Shown here piece after piece: positions 40,439 through 49,902 of a stretch of 64,000 nucleotides of DNA. A model generated the notes under the pieces. It did not search any database. It worked only from the letters and a program-made list of their open reading frames with translations, and had not been told where the DNA came from. Positions within the stretch are counted from its first letter, which is position 1. The number at the start of each line of letters is the position of its first letter. The stretch is from Propionibacteriaceae bacterium (GTDB lineage: Bacteria; Actinomycetota; Actinomycetes; Propionibacteriales; Propionibacteriaceae). The position numbers and the translations under genes were made by a program. Location: positions 8,032 to 72,031 of the forward strand of contig JBPCRP010000025.1 of assembly GCA_050996715.1 (NCBI GenBank). Direction: 5' to 3'.

Positions 40439-41092
40439 ATGGTGGAGCAGACCCCCGGACGGGCCAGGAAACCTGGTCGGGTCCGGATGACGAGGGCCCA
40501 GCGCCGAGAACAGCTGATCGACGTGGGCCGGGCGCTGTTCGCCGAACGGGGGTTCGACGCCGCCTCGGTGGAGGAGATCGCCGCGAACGCCGGGGTCAGC
40601 AAGCCGGTGGTCTACGAGCACTTCAGCGGCAAGGAGGGCCTGTACGCGGTGGTGGTGGATCGCGAGGTCCGCACCCTGCTCGACGGCATCCACACCTCGC
40701 TCAGCGCCGGGTCGACCGGCCAGCGCGAGCTCGTCGAACGGGCGGCCTTGGCTCTGCTCGACTACATCGACGGCCATACCGACGGATTCCAGGTGCTGGC
40801 CCGCAACTCCCCGCTCGGCAGCAGCGGCGGGTCGTTCGCCACGGTGCTCGGGGACGTGGCCACCCAGGTCACCGACCTGCTCGCCGCGGAGTTCGAGCGC
40901 CGCCGGTTCGACCCCGACACCGCCCCGATCTACGCCCAGATGCTGGTCGGGATGGTGGCGATGACCGGTCAGTGGTGGCTGGAGGAGCGCACGCCGGGCA
41001 AGGCGGAGGTGGCCGCCCACCTGGTCAACCTGGCCTGGAACGGCCTGCACAACCTCGAGGCCAGACCGACGTTGCCCGCCCGGCCCGCCTGA
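40439..41092 (+). CDS. TetR family transcriptional regulator
   Basis: HTH FAERGFDAASVEEIAANAGVSKPVVYEHFSGKEGLY. Sits next to glmU, as Rv1019 does. Confidence 0.85.
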   Translation: MVEQTPGRARKPGRVRMTRAQRREQLIDVGRALFAERGFDAASVEEIAANAGVSKPVVYEHFSGKEGLYAVVVDREVRTLLDGIHTSLSAGSTGQRELVERAALALLDYIDGHTDGFQVLARNSPLGSSGGSFATVLGDVATQVTDLLAAEFERRRFDPDTAPIYAQMLVGMVAMTGQWWLEERTPGKAEVAAHLVNLAWNGLHNLEARPTLPARPA

Positions 41093-41101
41093 GTCGTTTC
41101 G

Positions 41102-41137
41102 CCGACTGATTCCTCTCGTCTGCGAGGAATCAATCGG
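41102..41137. terminator. hairpin between convergent genes (candidate bidirectional terminator)
   Basis: CCGACTGATTCCTC-TCGTCTGC-GAGGAATCAATCGG; 13 of 14 positions pair. No U-tract. Confidence 0.45.
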
Positions 41138-41145
41138 TGGGGCGC

Positions 41146-42213
41146 TCAGCGGTGGGCCGGACCCTCCCCGAAGGGGAACCGGGTCGCCGCGACCTGGACG
41201 TGGGTGAGGCTGACTTCGGTGGCGTCCTCCTCCCAGGCGACCTGCAGGGCGGTGTGGGCGAGCTGCAGCGGGAGCCGGATGTTGCCGTCCGAGCCGAGGT
41301 AGCGGTCCCAGATCGCGGCCAGGGCGGGCTCGGTGAGGACGACCGCGACCGCGGCGGGATCGGGCTCGACGAGGCTGCCGCTCACCCGTTCGGCGAGGAT
41401 CCGGGTCAGCGCGGCCTGGTCGGGCAGGGCGGGGACGGCGACGGCGGTGGTCAGCGCCCCGGTGTCACGGGGGAAGTCTGCGCGCTCCAGGTAGTGGTCG
41501 TGAACGGCCACCATCCAGCCGCCGCCGACCTCGGAGACCAAGGTGGGCAACACGTGGGCGAAGAACGGCCCGATCAGCGAGGTGCGGTCGCCGACCGGCG
41601 TCTCGAGCCAGGCGTCGCTGTCGTCGAGCACGATCACCGGCTGCCCACCGCGGCCCGAGACCACCGCCAGCAGGTGCTGCAGGGTGCCGATGATCTCTGA
41701 CGTGCTCGGCTCCGCACGGACGGTCAGCACGCTCTCGACCTCGGCCGCCGCGTCGCCGACCAACAACCAGCGCGGCAGCCCGACGCCGTAGTGGTGGCGT
41801 TCTCGACGCTCGCGCGTGACGGGGGCGGCCACGGCAGCGACCGCCCGGGACCGGTCCTCGGCCGACATCGACTGCGCGGTCTGCGCCTGCCGGAGCAGCA
41901 GGGCGATCATGTGCGCGGCGAACCGGCCGACGTCGCGGACCAGCTCATCGGCCTCGGCCGCAACCGGGATCCGCAGGTCGGCCACCGCGTCGGCGAGCTG
42001 GTCGAGGCAATAGGTGATCATGCTCGACTTGCCCATGCCGCTGCGTCCGGTAACCGCGGCCCGACCACCGTCGCGCATCTCGCGGACGAGCACCGCCTCG
42101 GCGGTCGCGGTGCCGGTGAGCTCGTCGAACGGCACGTGCAGCAGCCCCAACCCCGGCCGGACGGGTCGGGCGTCGAAGACCTGCGCGGCCACCAGCTCAC
42201 CGAGATCGATCAT
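41146..42213 (-). CDS. Orc1/Cdc6-like AAA+ P-loop ATPase, no DNA-binding domain recognised
   Basis: Walker A GRSGMGKSS, Walker B PVIVLDDSD, and a lid-like SDGNIRLPLQLAHTALQVAWEEDATEVSLTHVQVA. Confidence 0.65.
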   Translation of the reverse strand: MIDLGELVAAQVFDARPVRPGLGLLHVPFDELTGTATAEAVLVREMRDGGRAAVTGRSGMGKSSMITYCLDQLADAVADLRIPVAAEADELVRDVGRFAAHMIALLLRQAQTAQSMSAEDRSRAVAAVAAPVTRERRERHHYGVGLPRWLLVGDAAAEVESVLTVRAEPSTSEIIGTLQHLLAVVSGRGGQPVIVLDDSDAWLETPVGDRTSLIGPFFAHVLPTLVSEVGGGWMVAVHDHYLERADFPRDTGALTTAVAVPALPDQAALTRILAERVSGSLVEPDPAAVAVVLTEPALAAIWDRYLGSDGNIRLPLQLAHTALQVAWEEDATEVSLTHVQVAATRFPFGEGPAHR

Positions 42214-42297
42214 GGGTGGTCTACCACCGTCGGGGGCCGGCTCATGGCTTCAGCCTGGCAGACGCCACCCACAGAACCGGCCCACCGGATCGGTGGG

Positions 42298-43239
42298 TCA
42301 CAGCACCGGGTCGACCACCGCGTACACCTTGCGGGGTCGTCCGGTGCCCGAGGCCAGCTCGGAGGAGGTCACCAGCCGGGCGTCCTCGAGCTTGCGCAGC
42401 ATCCGGGTGGCGTGCGGACGCGTCCAGCCGAGCCGGTCGAGCAGTCGCTGGTCGCTCGCGCTCGCCCCGCCCAGCTGCTGCAGCTCGGCGGCGAGCTCCA
42501 CCGCCGGACGGCCACCGACCTCCTCGAGCCGGGTGCGGAGCTCACTGCGCATCGCCGCCAGTGAGCCGACGAGCTCGGGCCGGGCCAGCGCCGTCCGGGC
42601 GGTGTCGAGCAGGGCGCGGGGTTGCCGGGCGGCGGCGGCGGCCACCACCTCGTCGAGGAGCACACCGGGCAGCTCGTCGGCCCCGGCGGCCCGGGTCTTG
42701 AGCAGCAACCTCGACGCCTCGGCGGTGAGCTCGGGCAGATTCACGACCCGCTCGAAGAAGGCGTTGGCCGGGGGCAGCAGCAGGGTGGCCCGCTCGTCGT
42801 CGCGGGCGGTGACCACCCAGCGCAGCGGGGTCGTCCACAGCTCGTCGCGCAGCCGACCGAAGAGCTGGTGGGTCTGCGCGGCCTCGGGCAGCCCGTCGAG
42901 GACCACCACCGGACGATCCGGTACGGCCCGGAGCCGGTCGATGCCGCTCCGCGGGTCGTCGGTGGGGTCGAGCTCGAGACCGGTCAGCACCCGTCGGAGC
43001 ACCCCGGCCGCCGATCCCGCCGCTCGGCCGTCGACGAACACGCAGCGCACGTCGGCCCGGCGCCACTGCCGCTGCAGCTGTCGGACCAGCGACGTCGTCC
43101 CGGAGCCGCTCGGCCCGATCACCGCCACGTTGAGGCCGTGCCGGACCGCGGCATCGACCTGCTCCCGCTCGGTCTCCCGGTCGGTGAACAGCTCCGCGTC
43201 AGCGTTGTTGTCGAGCAGCGGGCGTCCGGTCCAGTTCAT
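42298..43239 (-). CDS. AAA+/Orc1-Cdc6-like protein with deviant Walker A and C-terminal winged helix
   Basis: FTDRETEREQV...VAVIGPSGSGTTSL (Lys replaced by Thr), Walker B VVVLDGLPE, and C-terminal wHTH LLDRLGWTRPHATRMLRKLEDARLV...GRPRKVY. Confidence 0.65.
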   Translation of the reverse strand: MNWTGRPLLDNNADAELFTDRETEREQVDAAVRHGLNVAVIGPSGSGTTSLVRQLQRQWRRADVRCVFVDGRAAGSAAGVLRRVLTGLELDPTDDPRSGIDRLRAVPDRPVVVLDGLPEAAQTHQLFGRLRDELWTTPLRWVVTARDDERATLLLPPANAFFERVVNLPELTAEASRLLLKTRAAGADELPGVLLDEVVAAAAARQPRALLDTARTALARPELVGSLAAMRSELRTRLEEVGGRPAVELAAELQQLGGASASDQRLLDRLGWTRPHATRMLRKLEDARLVTSSELASGTGRPRKVYAVVDPVL

Positions 43240-43268
43240 GCACTGATTGTACTGTACGTTTAGTGCAT
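43238..43268. promoter_or_regulatory. AT-rich 31-bp quasi-palindrome plus TACAAT -10 box at the start of the AAA+ operon
   Basis: ATGCACTGATTGTACTGTACGTTTAGTGCAT is symmetric at 22 of 31 positions. On the minus strand TACAAT (43246-43251) ends 6 nt before ATG 43239, and no SD is present. Confidence 0.5.
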
Positions 43269-43352
43269 GGACGTGGAGGAGTCCCTGCGATGAGCTGAGG
43301 GCCCACGGACGGTCAGTATCGCTGACCGTTCAGACTTATCCCAGGAGGACCC

Positions 43353-43724
43353 GTGCTCACCCATTCCCCGGCTTTCAGCGGCTTCGCCGTCGACGACACC
43401 GACGCGGCCCGCACGTTCTACGCCGACACGCTCGGGCTGACCGTGACCGAGAGTCACGGCATCCTCCGGCTGCACCTGGAGGGTGGCGGCCAGGTGATCG
43501 CCTACCCGAAGCCCGGCCACGTCCCGGCGAGCTTCACCATCCTCAACTTCCCGGTGCCCGACGTCGACGCCGCGGTCGACGAGCTGGTCGCCCGCGGCGT
43601 CACCATGCAGGTCTATGAGGGCATGACCGACGAAAAGGGCGTGATGCGCGATCGCGGCCCGACCATCGCCTGGTTCGCCGATCCGGCCGGCAACATCCTC
43701 TCGGTGATCGACGAGAACGCCTGA
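43353..43724 (+). CDS. VOC/glyoxalase family protein
   Basis: 123 aa with a glyoxalase-fold pattern ([19 protein letters not shown]...[12 protein letters not shown]). AGGAGG lies before the GTG. Confidence 0.8.
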   Translation: MLTHSPAFSGFAVDDTDAARTFYADTLGLTVTESHGILRLHLEGGGQVIAYPKPGHVPASFTILNFPVPDVDAAVDELVARGVTMQVYEGMTDEKGVMRDRGPTIAWFADPAGNILSVIDENA

Positions 43725-43818
43725 GGCTCCGGGCGCACCCGGCGGCGACTTGCTCGCCGCCGGGCAGCAGACGTACGATCTGTATCGTTCTAGTCAATCG
43801 ATTCCGAATGCAGGCACC

Positions 43819-45015
43819 ATGACCACCGCCCTGGCCCCCACCTCCCGCACGGCCCCCCTCGGCAACCGGCTGGCGGCCATCGCGGTGACGACGCTTTTCG
43901 CGGTCAACGGGATGTTGCTGGGTGGGTACGGCGGTGTGCTGCCGTCGCTCCGGCTGCGCCTCGACCTCGACGCGACCCAGATCGCCATCGCCTTGTTCGC
44001 CGGCGGTCTGGCGGGCATCGGCTCGATGCAGGTGGGCGGCCGGTTGGCCGACTCCTTGGGCGCCAAACGAGTCGCCCTGTGCGCGCTGCCGATCCTCATC
44101 GCCGCCGTACTGGTGATCGCCGCGGCGCCCACCTTCCCGGTGCTGGTGCTCGGCGCGATGCTGATCGGGCTCGGTAACGGCGCGATGGACGTGGCGATGA
44201 ACGCGCTCGGGGTCCAGGTCGAGGCAGCTCGCCAGAAACCGATCATGAGCTTCTTCCACGCCTTCTTCTCCGTCGGCAACTTCGTCGGTGCCGGCACTGT
44301 GCTGCTGATCTCGTACGTCTTCGACCTCGACGGCACCGCAGTGATCGTGCCGGTGCTGCTCAGCCTGGCCGTGGTGGCCGTCATCGTGCTCGGCGTCCTC
44401 ACCCGGATCACCCCGCAGGCCGCGGTCGTGCCGCACCGGGTCGACGGGGTGGCAACCAAGATCCCCGCCGCCGCCTACCTGCTCGGTCTGATGGCGCTGG
44501 GCTTCGGCCTGTCGGAGGGTACGGCGGTCGACTGGTCCTCGCTGCACGTCACCGACGTGGCCCGGGTCGACTCCACCACCGGCTCGCTCGGCCTGGTCGC
44601 GGTGAGCGGCTTCATGGTCGTCATCCGGTTGCTGGGCGACCGGCTCGTCACCCGCTTCGGCCGCCGCGCGGTGGTGCGCTTCGGGGGTGCCTGCGCTGCC
44701 CTCGGCTACCTCATGGTGACGCTGGTGAGCTCGTTGCCGCTGCTGGTGGCGGGCTGGGCGCTGGTCGGTTTCGGGGTCGGCATGATCGCCCCGCAGGTCT
44801 ACGCCGTCGCCGGGCACCTGGGGGGCGGCCGGGTGCTGGCGGTCGTGGTGACCTTCGGGTACGCCGCCTTCCTGATGGGCCCGGGCGTGATCGGCTTCGT
44901 CGTCAACCACGTGGGCATCCACCACGCCATGGCCGTCCCCGCGGTGCTCTGCGTGGGGATCGTCGGTCTTGCGGCCGTGCTGCCCCGGCAGGACGTCGAC
45001 CTCACGGCCCGCTGA
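43819..45015 (+). CDS. MFS transporter
   Basis: About 12 predicted TM helices. Start set at ATG 43819 (MTTALAPTS...). Confidence 0.8.
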   Translation: MTTALAPTSRTAPLGNRLAAIAVTTLFAVNGMLLGGYGGVLPSLRLRLDLDATQIAIALFAGGLAGIGSMQVGGRLADSLGAKRVALCALPILIAAVLVIAAAPTFPVLVLGAMLIGLGNGAMDVAMNALGVQVEAARQKPIMSFFHAFFSVGNFVGAGTVLLISYVFDLDGTAVIVPVLLSLAVVAVIVLGVLTRITPQAAVVPHRVDGVATKIPAAAYLLGLMALGFGLSEGTAVDWSSLHVTDVARVDSTTGSLGLVAVSGFMVVIRLLGDRLVTRFGRRAVVRFGGACAALGYLMVTLVSSLPLLVAGWALVGFGVGMIAPQVYAVAGHLGGGRVLAVVVTFGYAAFLMGPGVIGFVVNHVGIHHAMAVPAVLCVGIVGLAAVLPRQDVDLTAR

Positions 45016-45028
45016 CCCCTTCCGCCGG

Positions 45029-45091
45029 GCGAAAGTGGTCACTTTTGGGGCCCACCGCGGCGTGTCCCGAGTCGTTGGTGACCACTTTCGC
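45029..45091 (+). repeat. intergenic hairpin repeat, family 1, copy C
   Basis: GCGAAAGTGGTCAC...GCGGCGTGTCCCGAGTCG...GTGACCACTTTCGC (14-bp perfect arms), then GGGGTGGGGGG. Confidence 0.9.
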
Positions 45092-45133
45092 AAGGGGTGG
45101 GGGGCGCGAGCGGCGTGACCTAGACTCCGCGAG

Positions 45134-45631
45134 ATGAGCGAGAGCCCGCGGGACGAGGTGGACAGCCTGGTCACCGCGTGGCAGCGCGAGCACCCCGAGC
45201 TGGACGTGGAGCCGCTGCAGGTGCTCTCCCGGATCAGCCGGCTCGCCCGCCACCTGGACCGGCAACGGCGGCGGGCGTTCGAGGCCCACGGCCTGGAGTC
45301 GTGGGAGTTCGACGTGCTGGCGGCGCTGCGTCGGGCGGGGGCGCCGTACCGCCTCTCCCCCGGGACGCTGCTGCGCGAGACGATGGTGACCTCCGGCACC
45401 ATGACCAACCGCGTCGACCGGCTGGTCGCCCGCGGGTTGGTGGCCCGCGAGGAGCAGCCCGGCGACCGGCGCGGTGTGCTGGTCCGGCTGACCGACGACG
45501 GCCGGACGACGGTGGACGCAGCGTTCGCGGACCTGCTCGCCGCCGAGCACGAGCTGCTCGCCGGGCTCAGCCCCGACCAGCGCGCCGCCCTGGCGGGGTC
45601 TCTGCGGGTGCTGCTCGCGCCGTACGTCTGA
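45134..45631 (+). CDS. MarR family transcriptional regulator
   Basis: wHTH region LSPGTLLRETMVTSGTMTNRVDRLVARGLVAREEQPGDRRGVLVRLT. Confidence 0.85.
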   Translation: MSESPRDEVDSLVTAWQREHPELDVEPLQVLSRISRLARHLDRQRRRAFEAHGLESWEFDVLAALRRAGAPYRLSPGTLLRETMVTSGTMTNRVDRLVARGLVAREEQPGDRRGVLVRLTDDGRTTVDAAFADLLAAEHELLAGLSPDQRAALAGSLRVLLAPYV

Positions 45632-45698
45632 CCGCAGCTCCCCGGGTGCGGCGGCTGGGTCGGCGGCTCAGTCAGCGGCTGGGTCGGGTGTCGGCGGC

Positions 45699-46640
45699 TC
45701 AGTCGGCGGCGGGGAGCAGCCCCGCGAGCCGGACCTCGACCACCACGAGCAGGGCGCAGATGACCCCGGTCGCCAGCTCGGGGACCGGGGTGAAGGTCGC
45801 CCCCAGGAGCAGCAGCACCGCACCCAGGAAGGGCGCCGCCGTCCGCGGGCTCGGGTCGTGGCGACGCAGGTGGATCAGCCAGAGCACGGTCAGCAGGAGC
45901 GCCACCGGGCCGGTGACCAGCGCCGCCGACCACGACCATGATCAACCCGCCGGTGGCGTGCTCGACCTCGACGACCTCCCCGCGCACTCTCCAACGCCAC
46001 GGTGGTCGACAGGATCGTCTCCCCTAACACGATGATGAAGAACAGCCCGTAGCGCTCGGCCACGTGGTGGGGGTGCCAGCTGGTCGCCCCGGCGTGTTCG
46101 GCGAAGGCGGGCACGGCGAGCTCGAGCACCACACCCAGCAGGAACAGCGGGACTTTGAGCCCGGCCGGCACGAGCAGCAGGGTCACCCAGAACAGCTGCA
46201 CCACGAGGATCCCGACCGCGTAGCGGCGGCAGGTGACTCCATGCACCGGGTCCGCCCGAGCGGCCCGCAACCACTGCGCGACCAGGGCGACCCGCATGAT
46301 CACGTAGCCCACCACACCCAGGGTGAAGTCGCCGGCCGCCATCGACTCGACGCCCGCCGCCAGCACCAGCGACCCGAAAATCTGCAGGATGGTCAGCAGC
46401 CGGTAGCCGACGTCGTCGTTGTCGTAGGCCGAGGCGAACCACGTGAAATTGAGCCAGGCCCCAGATCGCGAAGAAGACCATCGCGAAGTTCGCCACGCCC
46501 GACCCGACGTGGTCCGCGGAGATCGAGTGGTGCAGCACGGCGGCGATCTGGGCCACCGCGACCACGAAGCACAGGTCGGTCAGCAACTCCAGCGGGGAGG
46601 CTACCCGGTGGTTCTCGCCCTGGTCGTGTGGCCGCAGCGG
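45699..46640 (-). pseudogene. low-temperature-requirement A (LtrA)-like membrane protein, disrupted by about 3 frameshifts
   Basis: LtrA-like pieces in three frames: LELLTDLCFVVAVAQ...FAMVFFAIW | AWLNFTWFASAYDNDDVGYRLL...ETILSTTVALE | VVEVEHATGGLIMVVVGGA | LVTGPVALLLTVLWL.... The 5' limit is approximate. Confidence 0.65.
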
Positions 46641-46711
46641 TCGCAGCAGGCCGGGGTGACGTTCGACCGTGTGCGCACGGACGGCAGGCTAGCCAGTGCG
46701 GCCGGTGGAGT

Positions 46712-46799
46712 GGACCAAAAGGACGGCTCAACCCATCTCGTCCGGGCCGTTCACGCTCAGCACCACGTGGTGCTCGGCAACGAACCGGCCTTTTGGTCC
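46712..46799 (-). repeat. intergenic inverted-repeat element, family 5, copy 2 (inverted relative to copy 1)
   Basis: GGACCAAAAGGACGG...GCCGTTCACGCTCAGC...CCGGCCTTTTGGTCC. The centre is the reverse complement of that in copy 1. Confidence 0.85.
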
Positions 46800-46845
46800 A
46801 GATCGTGACGGGGACCGTCGTGTGCCCCGCGACGCGCGGGACCAC

Positions 46846-47796
46846 TCAGCCGATCACCCGGGCGCCGTGGGCGGGAGCCGCGGCCCGCCGCACCGTCCGG
46901 CACACGCCTTCGGCGGTGAGCCCGACGCTGAGGTCGATCGCCGCCGACTCGTCGACCGCCAGGAACGCGCAGGTCGGACCCGACCCCGACACGACAGCGC
47001 CGACGGCCCCGAGCTCACGGCCCGCCGCCAGCACCTGCCGGAGTCGGGGTTGCAGGTGCAGGGCCGGCCACTGCAGGTCGTTGACCAGCGCGGCACCGAC
47101 GTCGCGCGGGTTGCCCCCGCGCAGCGCGTTCATCAGGTCGGGTGGGATCTCGAACGGGGTCCGGCCCGGCTCGGGATCCATCGCATCGAACCGGCGGTAG
47201 ACCGCTGGCGTGGACAGGCCGTGGTGCCCGAAGGCGAGCACCCAGTCGTACGCCCCCCGGGCCAGGGCCGGAGCCACGACTTCGCCGCGGCCGCTGCCCA
47301 CCGCCGTACCGCCGAGCAGGGCGAAGGGGACGTCGCTGCCCAGCTCACTGCCGAGCTCGACCAGGTGCTCCAACGGCACGTCGAGGTCCCACAGGGTCGC
47401 GCAGGCGAGCAGGGCCGCGGCGGCGTCGGCGGACCCGCCGGCCAGCCCGCCCGCCACGGGGATGTTCTTGGTGATCGCCAGCCGCACCCCGAGCTGGTCC
47501 TCGCGGCCGAGCTGCTCGAGCCCGTACCGCTCCGCGAGCAGCTGGGCCGCCCGGACGGCGAGATTCGTGTGGTCGGTCGGGACGAGGTCGGCACCCTCCC
47601 CGGTGACCGTGACCTCGAACCGGCCCGGGTCCGACCACTCGGCGCTGACCTCGTCGTAGAGGGCCACGGCCTGGTAGACGGTGGCCAACGGGTGGTAACC
47701 GTCGGGCCGGACCGGGCCGACCTTCAACGCCAGATTGACCTTGGCCGGCGCCCGCACCCGGACGCCCACGGCGGCGGGGGGAAGCGGTGAGACCAT
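46846..47796 (-). CDS. ispE: 4-diphosphocytidyl-2-C-methyl-D-erythritol kinase
   Basis: RAPAKVNLALKVG and the GHMP kinase motif PVAGGLAGGSADAAA. Confidence 0.9.
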   Translation of the reverse strand: MVSPLPPAAVGVRVRAPAKVNLALKVGPVRPDGYHPLATVYQAVALYDEVSAEWSDPGRFEVTVTGEGADLVPTDHTNLAVRAAQLLAERYGLEQLGREDQLGVRLAITKNIPVAGGLAGGSADAAAALLACATLWDLDVPLEHLVELGSELGSDVPFALLGGTAVGSGRGEVVAPALARGAYDWVLAFGHHGLSTPAVYRRFDAMDPEPGRTPFEIPPDLMNALRGGNPRDVGAALVNDLQWPALHLQPRLRQVLAAGRELGAVGAVVSGSGPTCAFLAVDESAAIDLSVGLTAEGVCRTVRRAAAPAHGARVIG

Positions 47797-47855
47797 CGCC
47801 CGAGGCTAGACGGGCCGTTCGCGGCCGCCCCGGACGGGGGACGGATTGCGCCCGG

Positions 47856-48701
47856 TCAGACCTTGAGCGCTTCGGCGATCCGGGCGAACTGGGTGATGGT
47901 CAGCGTCTCGCCCCGGGCCTGCGGGTCGACGCCGGCGGCGAGCAGTCGCTCCGCGGCGGCGCCGGACGAGCCGACGAGCCCGGCCAGCGCCGAACGCAGC
48001 ATCTTGCGGCGCTGGGCGAAGGCGGTGTCGATCACGGCGAAGACCTCGGTCCGGGTCGCGGTGGTCTCCGGCGGTTCGCGCCGACGAAGCGCGACCAGGC
48101 CCGACTCGACGTTGGGCACGGGCCAGAAGACGCTCGGCGCGACGCTACCGACCCGTTGGGTGGCGGCGTACCAGGCCAGCTTGGCCGAAGGGACGCCGTA
48201 GGTCCGCGAGCCCGGCCCGGCCGCCAACCGGTCCGCGACCTCGGCCTGGACCATGACCAGCCCGCGGTCCCAGCTGCCGAACGCGGCCAGCAGGTGCAGC
48301 AGGACCGGGACCGACACGTTGTAGGGCAGGTTGGCCACCACCGCGGTCGGGGCGTGCGGGAGGGTGGCGATTCGCAGGGCGTCGGCGGTGATCACGTCGA
48401 GCCGGTCGGCCCGGGCGGGCATCTGCTCGGCGACGGTCCCGGCCAGCGCCCCGGCCAGCGACTCGTCGATCTCCACCGCGACCACCCGGTCGGCCACCTC
48501 GAGCAGCCCCAGGGTGAGCGAGCCGAGGCCCGGGCCGATTTCGAGCACCACGTCGCCCGGGCCCACGCCCGAGGTGGCGACGATCCGGCGGACGGTGTTC
48601 TGGTCGACGACGAAGTTCTGCCCCCGCCGCTTGGTCGGACGAAGGTCGAGCCGGGCGGCGATCGAGCGGACGGTGGTGGCGTCGAGCAGGCCGCCGCTCA
48701 T
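47856..48701 (-). CDS. rsmA: 16S rRNA (adenine1518/1519-N6)-dimethyltransferase
   Basis: [17 protein letters not shown] and [15 protein letters not shown] 48701 was chosen to avoid overlap with rpfB; the ORF is open to 48779. Confidence 0.9.
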   Translation of the reverse strand: MSGGLLDATTVRSIAARLDLRPTKRRGQNFVVDQNTVRRIVATSGVGPGDVVLEIGPGLGSLTLGLLEVADRVVAVEIDESLAGALAGTVAEQMPARADRLDVITADALRIATLPHAPTAVVANLPYNVSVPVLLHLLAAFGSWDRGLVMVQAEVADRLAAGPGSRTYGVPSAKLAWYAATQRVGSVAPSVFWPVPNVESGLVALRRREPPETTATRTEVFAVIDTAFAQRRKMLRSALAGLVGSSGAAAERLLAAGVDPQARGETLTITQFARIAEALKV

Positions 48702-48738
48702 CGCCGACCCCGCCCCGGTACGGCCGGGGGTCCGGAGA

Positions 48739-49902
48739 TCAGCCGATGCCGAGCTTGGCCGTGCACGCCGGCCACGCACCCCAGCCCTGGGCCGCCTGGA
48801 CGCGCTTGGCCACGGCGATCTGCGCCTGGCGGCTGGCGTTGTTCGGCATCCCGGAGCCGCCGTACCCGTGCCAGGTCGACAAGGTGAACTGCAGGCCCCC
48901 GTAGAAGCCGTTGCCGGTGTTGATCGACCAGTTGCCGCCGGACTCGCACTGGGCGATCTTGTCCCACACGCTGCCCGAGGCCACGCTCGGGCTGCCGCCG
49001 GAGCTCTTCGTCCGGCTGGAGGAGCTGGAGGACGACCTTGAGGAGGAGGTGGACTTCTTCGGGGCCGCCGGGCGCACCTTGGTGCCGACCAGCACGATCT
49101 TGGTCCGGGGCTCCGTGGTGATCGTGGAAGCGCCCTTCTTGCTGCTCTTGAGCTTCCCGTCGTAACGGGTCTCGACGTAGGTCGTGGTCCGGGTTCCGTT
49201 GCGGCCCGTGGTGTCGACCTTGGTCGTGCCCTTGCTCAGCTTGCTGGTGTTCTTGCGCACCACGTCGAAGTCGACCGCGGTCTTCTTGGTGACCTTCTTC
49301 TTGTCCACCTTGACGAAGGTGACCCGCGACCCGTCCTTGATCACGGTGGCCCGCTTGGGGCTGAGCAGGTCGTCACCGTCGGGGGTGATCTTGGCGGCAG
49401 CGAGCGCGTCGGCAACGGTGGCGCCGGTGGTCTGCACCTTGGTGGTCTTGCCGCCGGCCTTGACGCTGACCGTCTTGAGGGTGTTCACGTCGATGGCCAG
49501 GCCCTGGCGACCGATCGGCGCCGAGCGGCTGGTCGAGAGCTTGGCCCCCTCGGACTGCAGACCCACGGCGGCCAGGGCGCTGTTCACGTCGCGCGCGGTG
49601 GTCCAGAACGACTTCGTCGCACCGTCTACGTCGAGGGTCACCTGACGGCCGTACTGCACCGAGATGAGCTGCCCGTCGGTCACGGCCGCGTCGGCCGCGG
49701 GCGCCACCAGGTCGTGCTCACCGACGGTGATGCCCTGCTGGCTGAGGACGTCGGCGACGCTCCCCGACAGGGTGCTCACCTGGGTCTTCTGGCCGTCGAC
49801 GGCCACGGTGACGTCCTTGTGGACTGCGGAGTAGCCGAAGGCTCCACCGGCGACGGCGAGGGCCGCCACACCGGCGATGGCTGCGGGAATGACTTTGCGC
49901 AC
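48739..49902 (-). CDS. rpfB: resuscitation-promoting factor RpfB (DUF348 x3, G5, Rpf transglycosylase-like domain)
   Basis: C-terminal [28 protein letters not shown]-terminal TM helix, repeated DUF348-like modules and a Ser-rich linker. Confidence 0.9.
   Translation of the reverse strand: MRKVIPAAIAGVAALAVAGGAFGYSAVHKDVTVAVDGQKTQVSTLSGSVADVLSQQGITVGEHDLVAPAADAAVTDGQLISVQYGRQVTLDVDGATKSFWTTARDVNSALAAVGLQSEGAKLSTSRSAPIGRQGLAIDVNTLKTVSVKAGGKTTKVQTTGATVADALAAAKITPDGDDLLSPKRATVIKDGSRVTFVKVDKKKVTKKTAVDFDVVRKNTSKLSKGTTKVDTTGRNGTRTTTYVETRYDGKLKSSKKGASTITTEPRTKIVLVGTKVRPAAPKKSTSSSRSSSSSSSRTKSSGGSPSVASGSVWDKIAQCESGGNWSINTGNGFYGGLQFTLSTWHGYGGSGMPNNASRQAQIAVAKRVQAAQGWGAWPACTAKLGIG

Noticed and set aside
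45650-45705. Imperfect direct repeat GCGGCTGGGTCGG(GTGT)CGGCGGCTCAGTC x2 downstream of marR
   Set aside because: Short, GC-rich and low complexity. It is best explained as duplicated right-end half-sites related to family 2, and it is mentioned under that finding rather than as a separate element.
43600-45987. 795-aa minus-strand ORF
   Set aside because: It runs antisense across the VOC, MFS and MarR genes. Only its first 25 or so codons coincide with a plausible LtrA fragment; the rest is low-complexity Arg/Pro/Gly noise.
40278-46650. tRNA-Gln as integration site for the 41-46.6 kb accessory block
   Set aside because: The tRNA 3' end points away from the block, toward glmU. No integrase gene and no direct repeat of the tRNA 3' end were seen at the far border.
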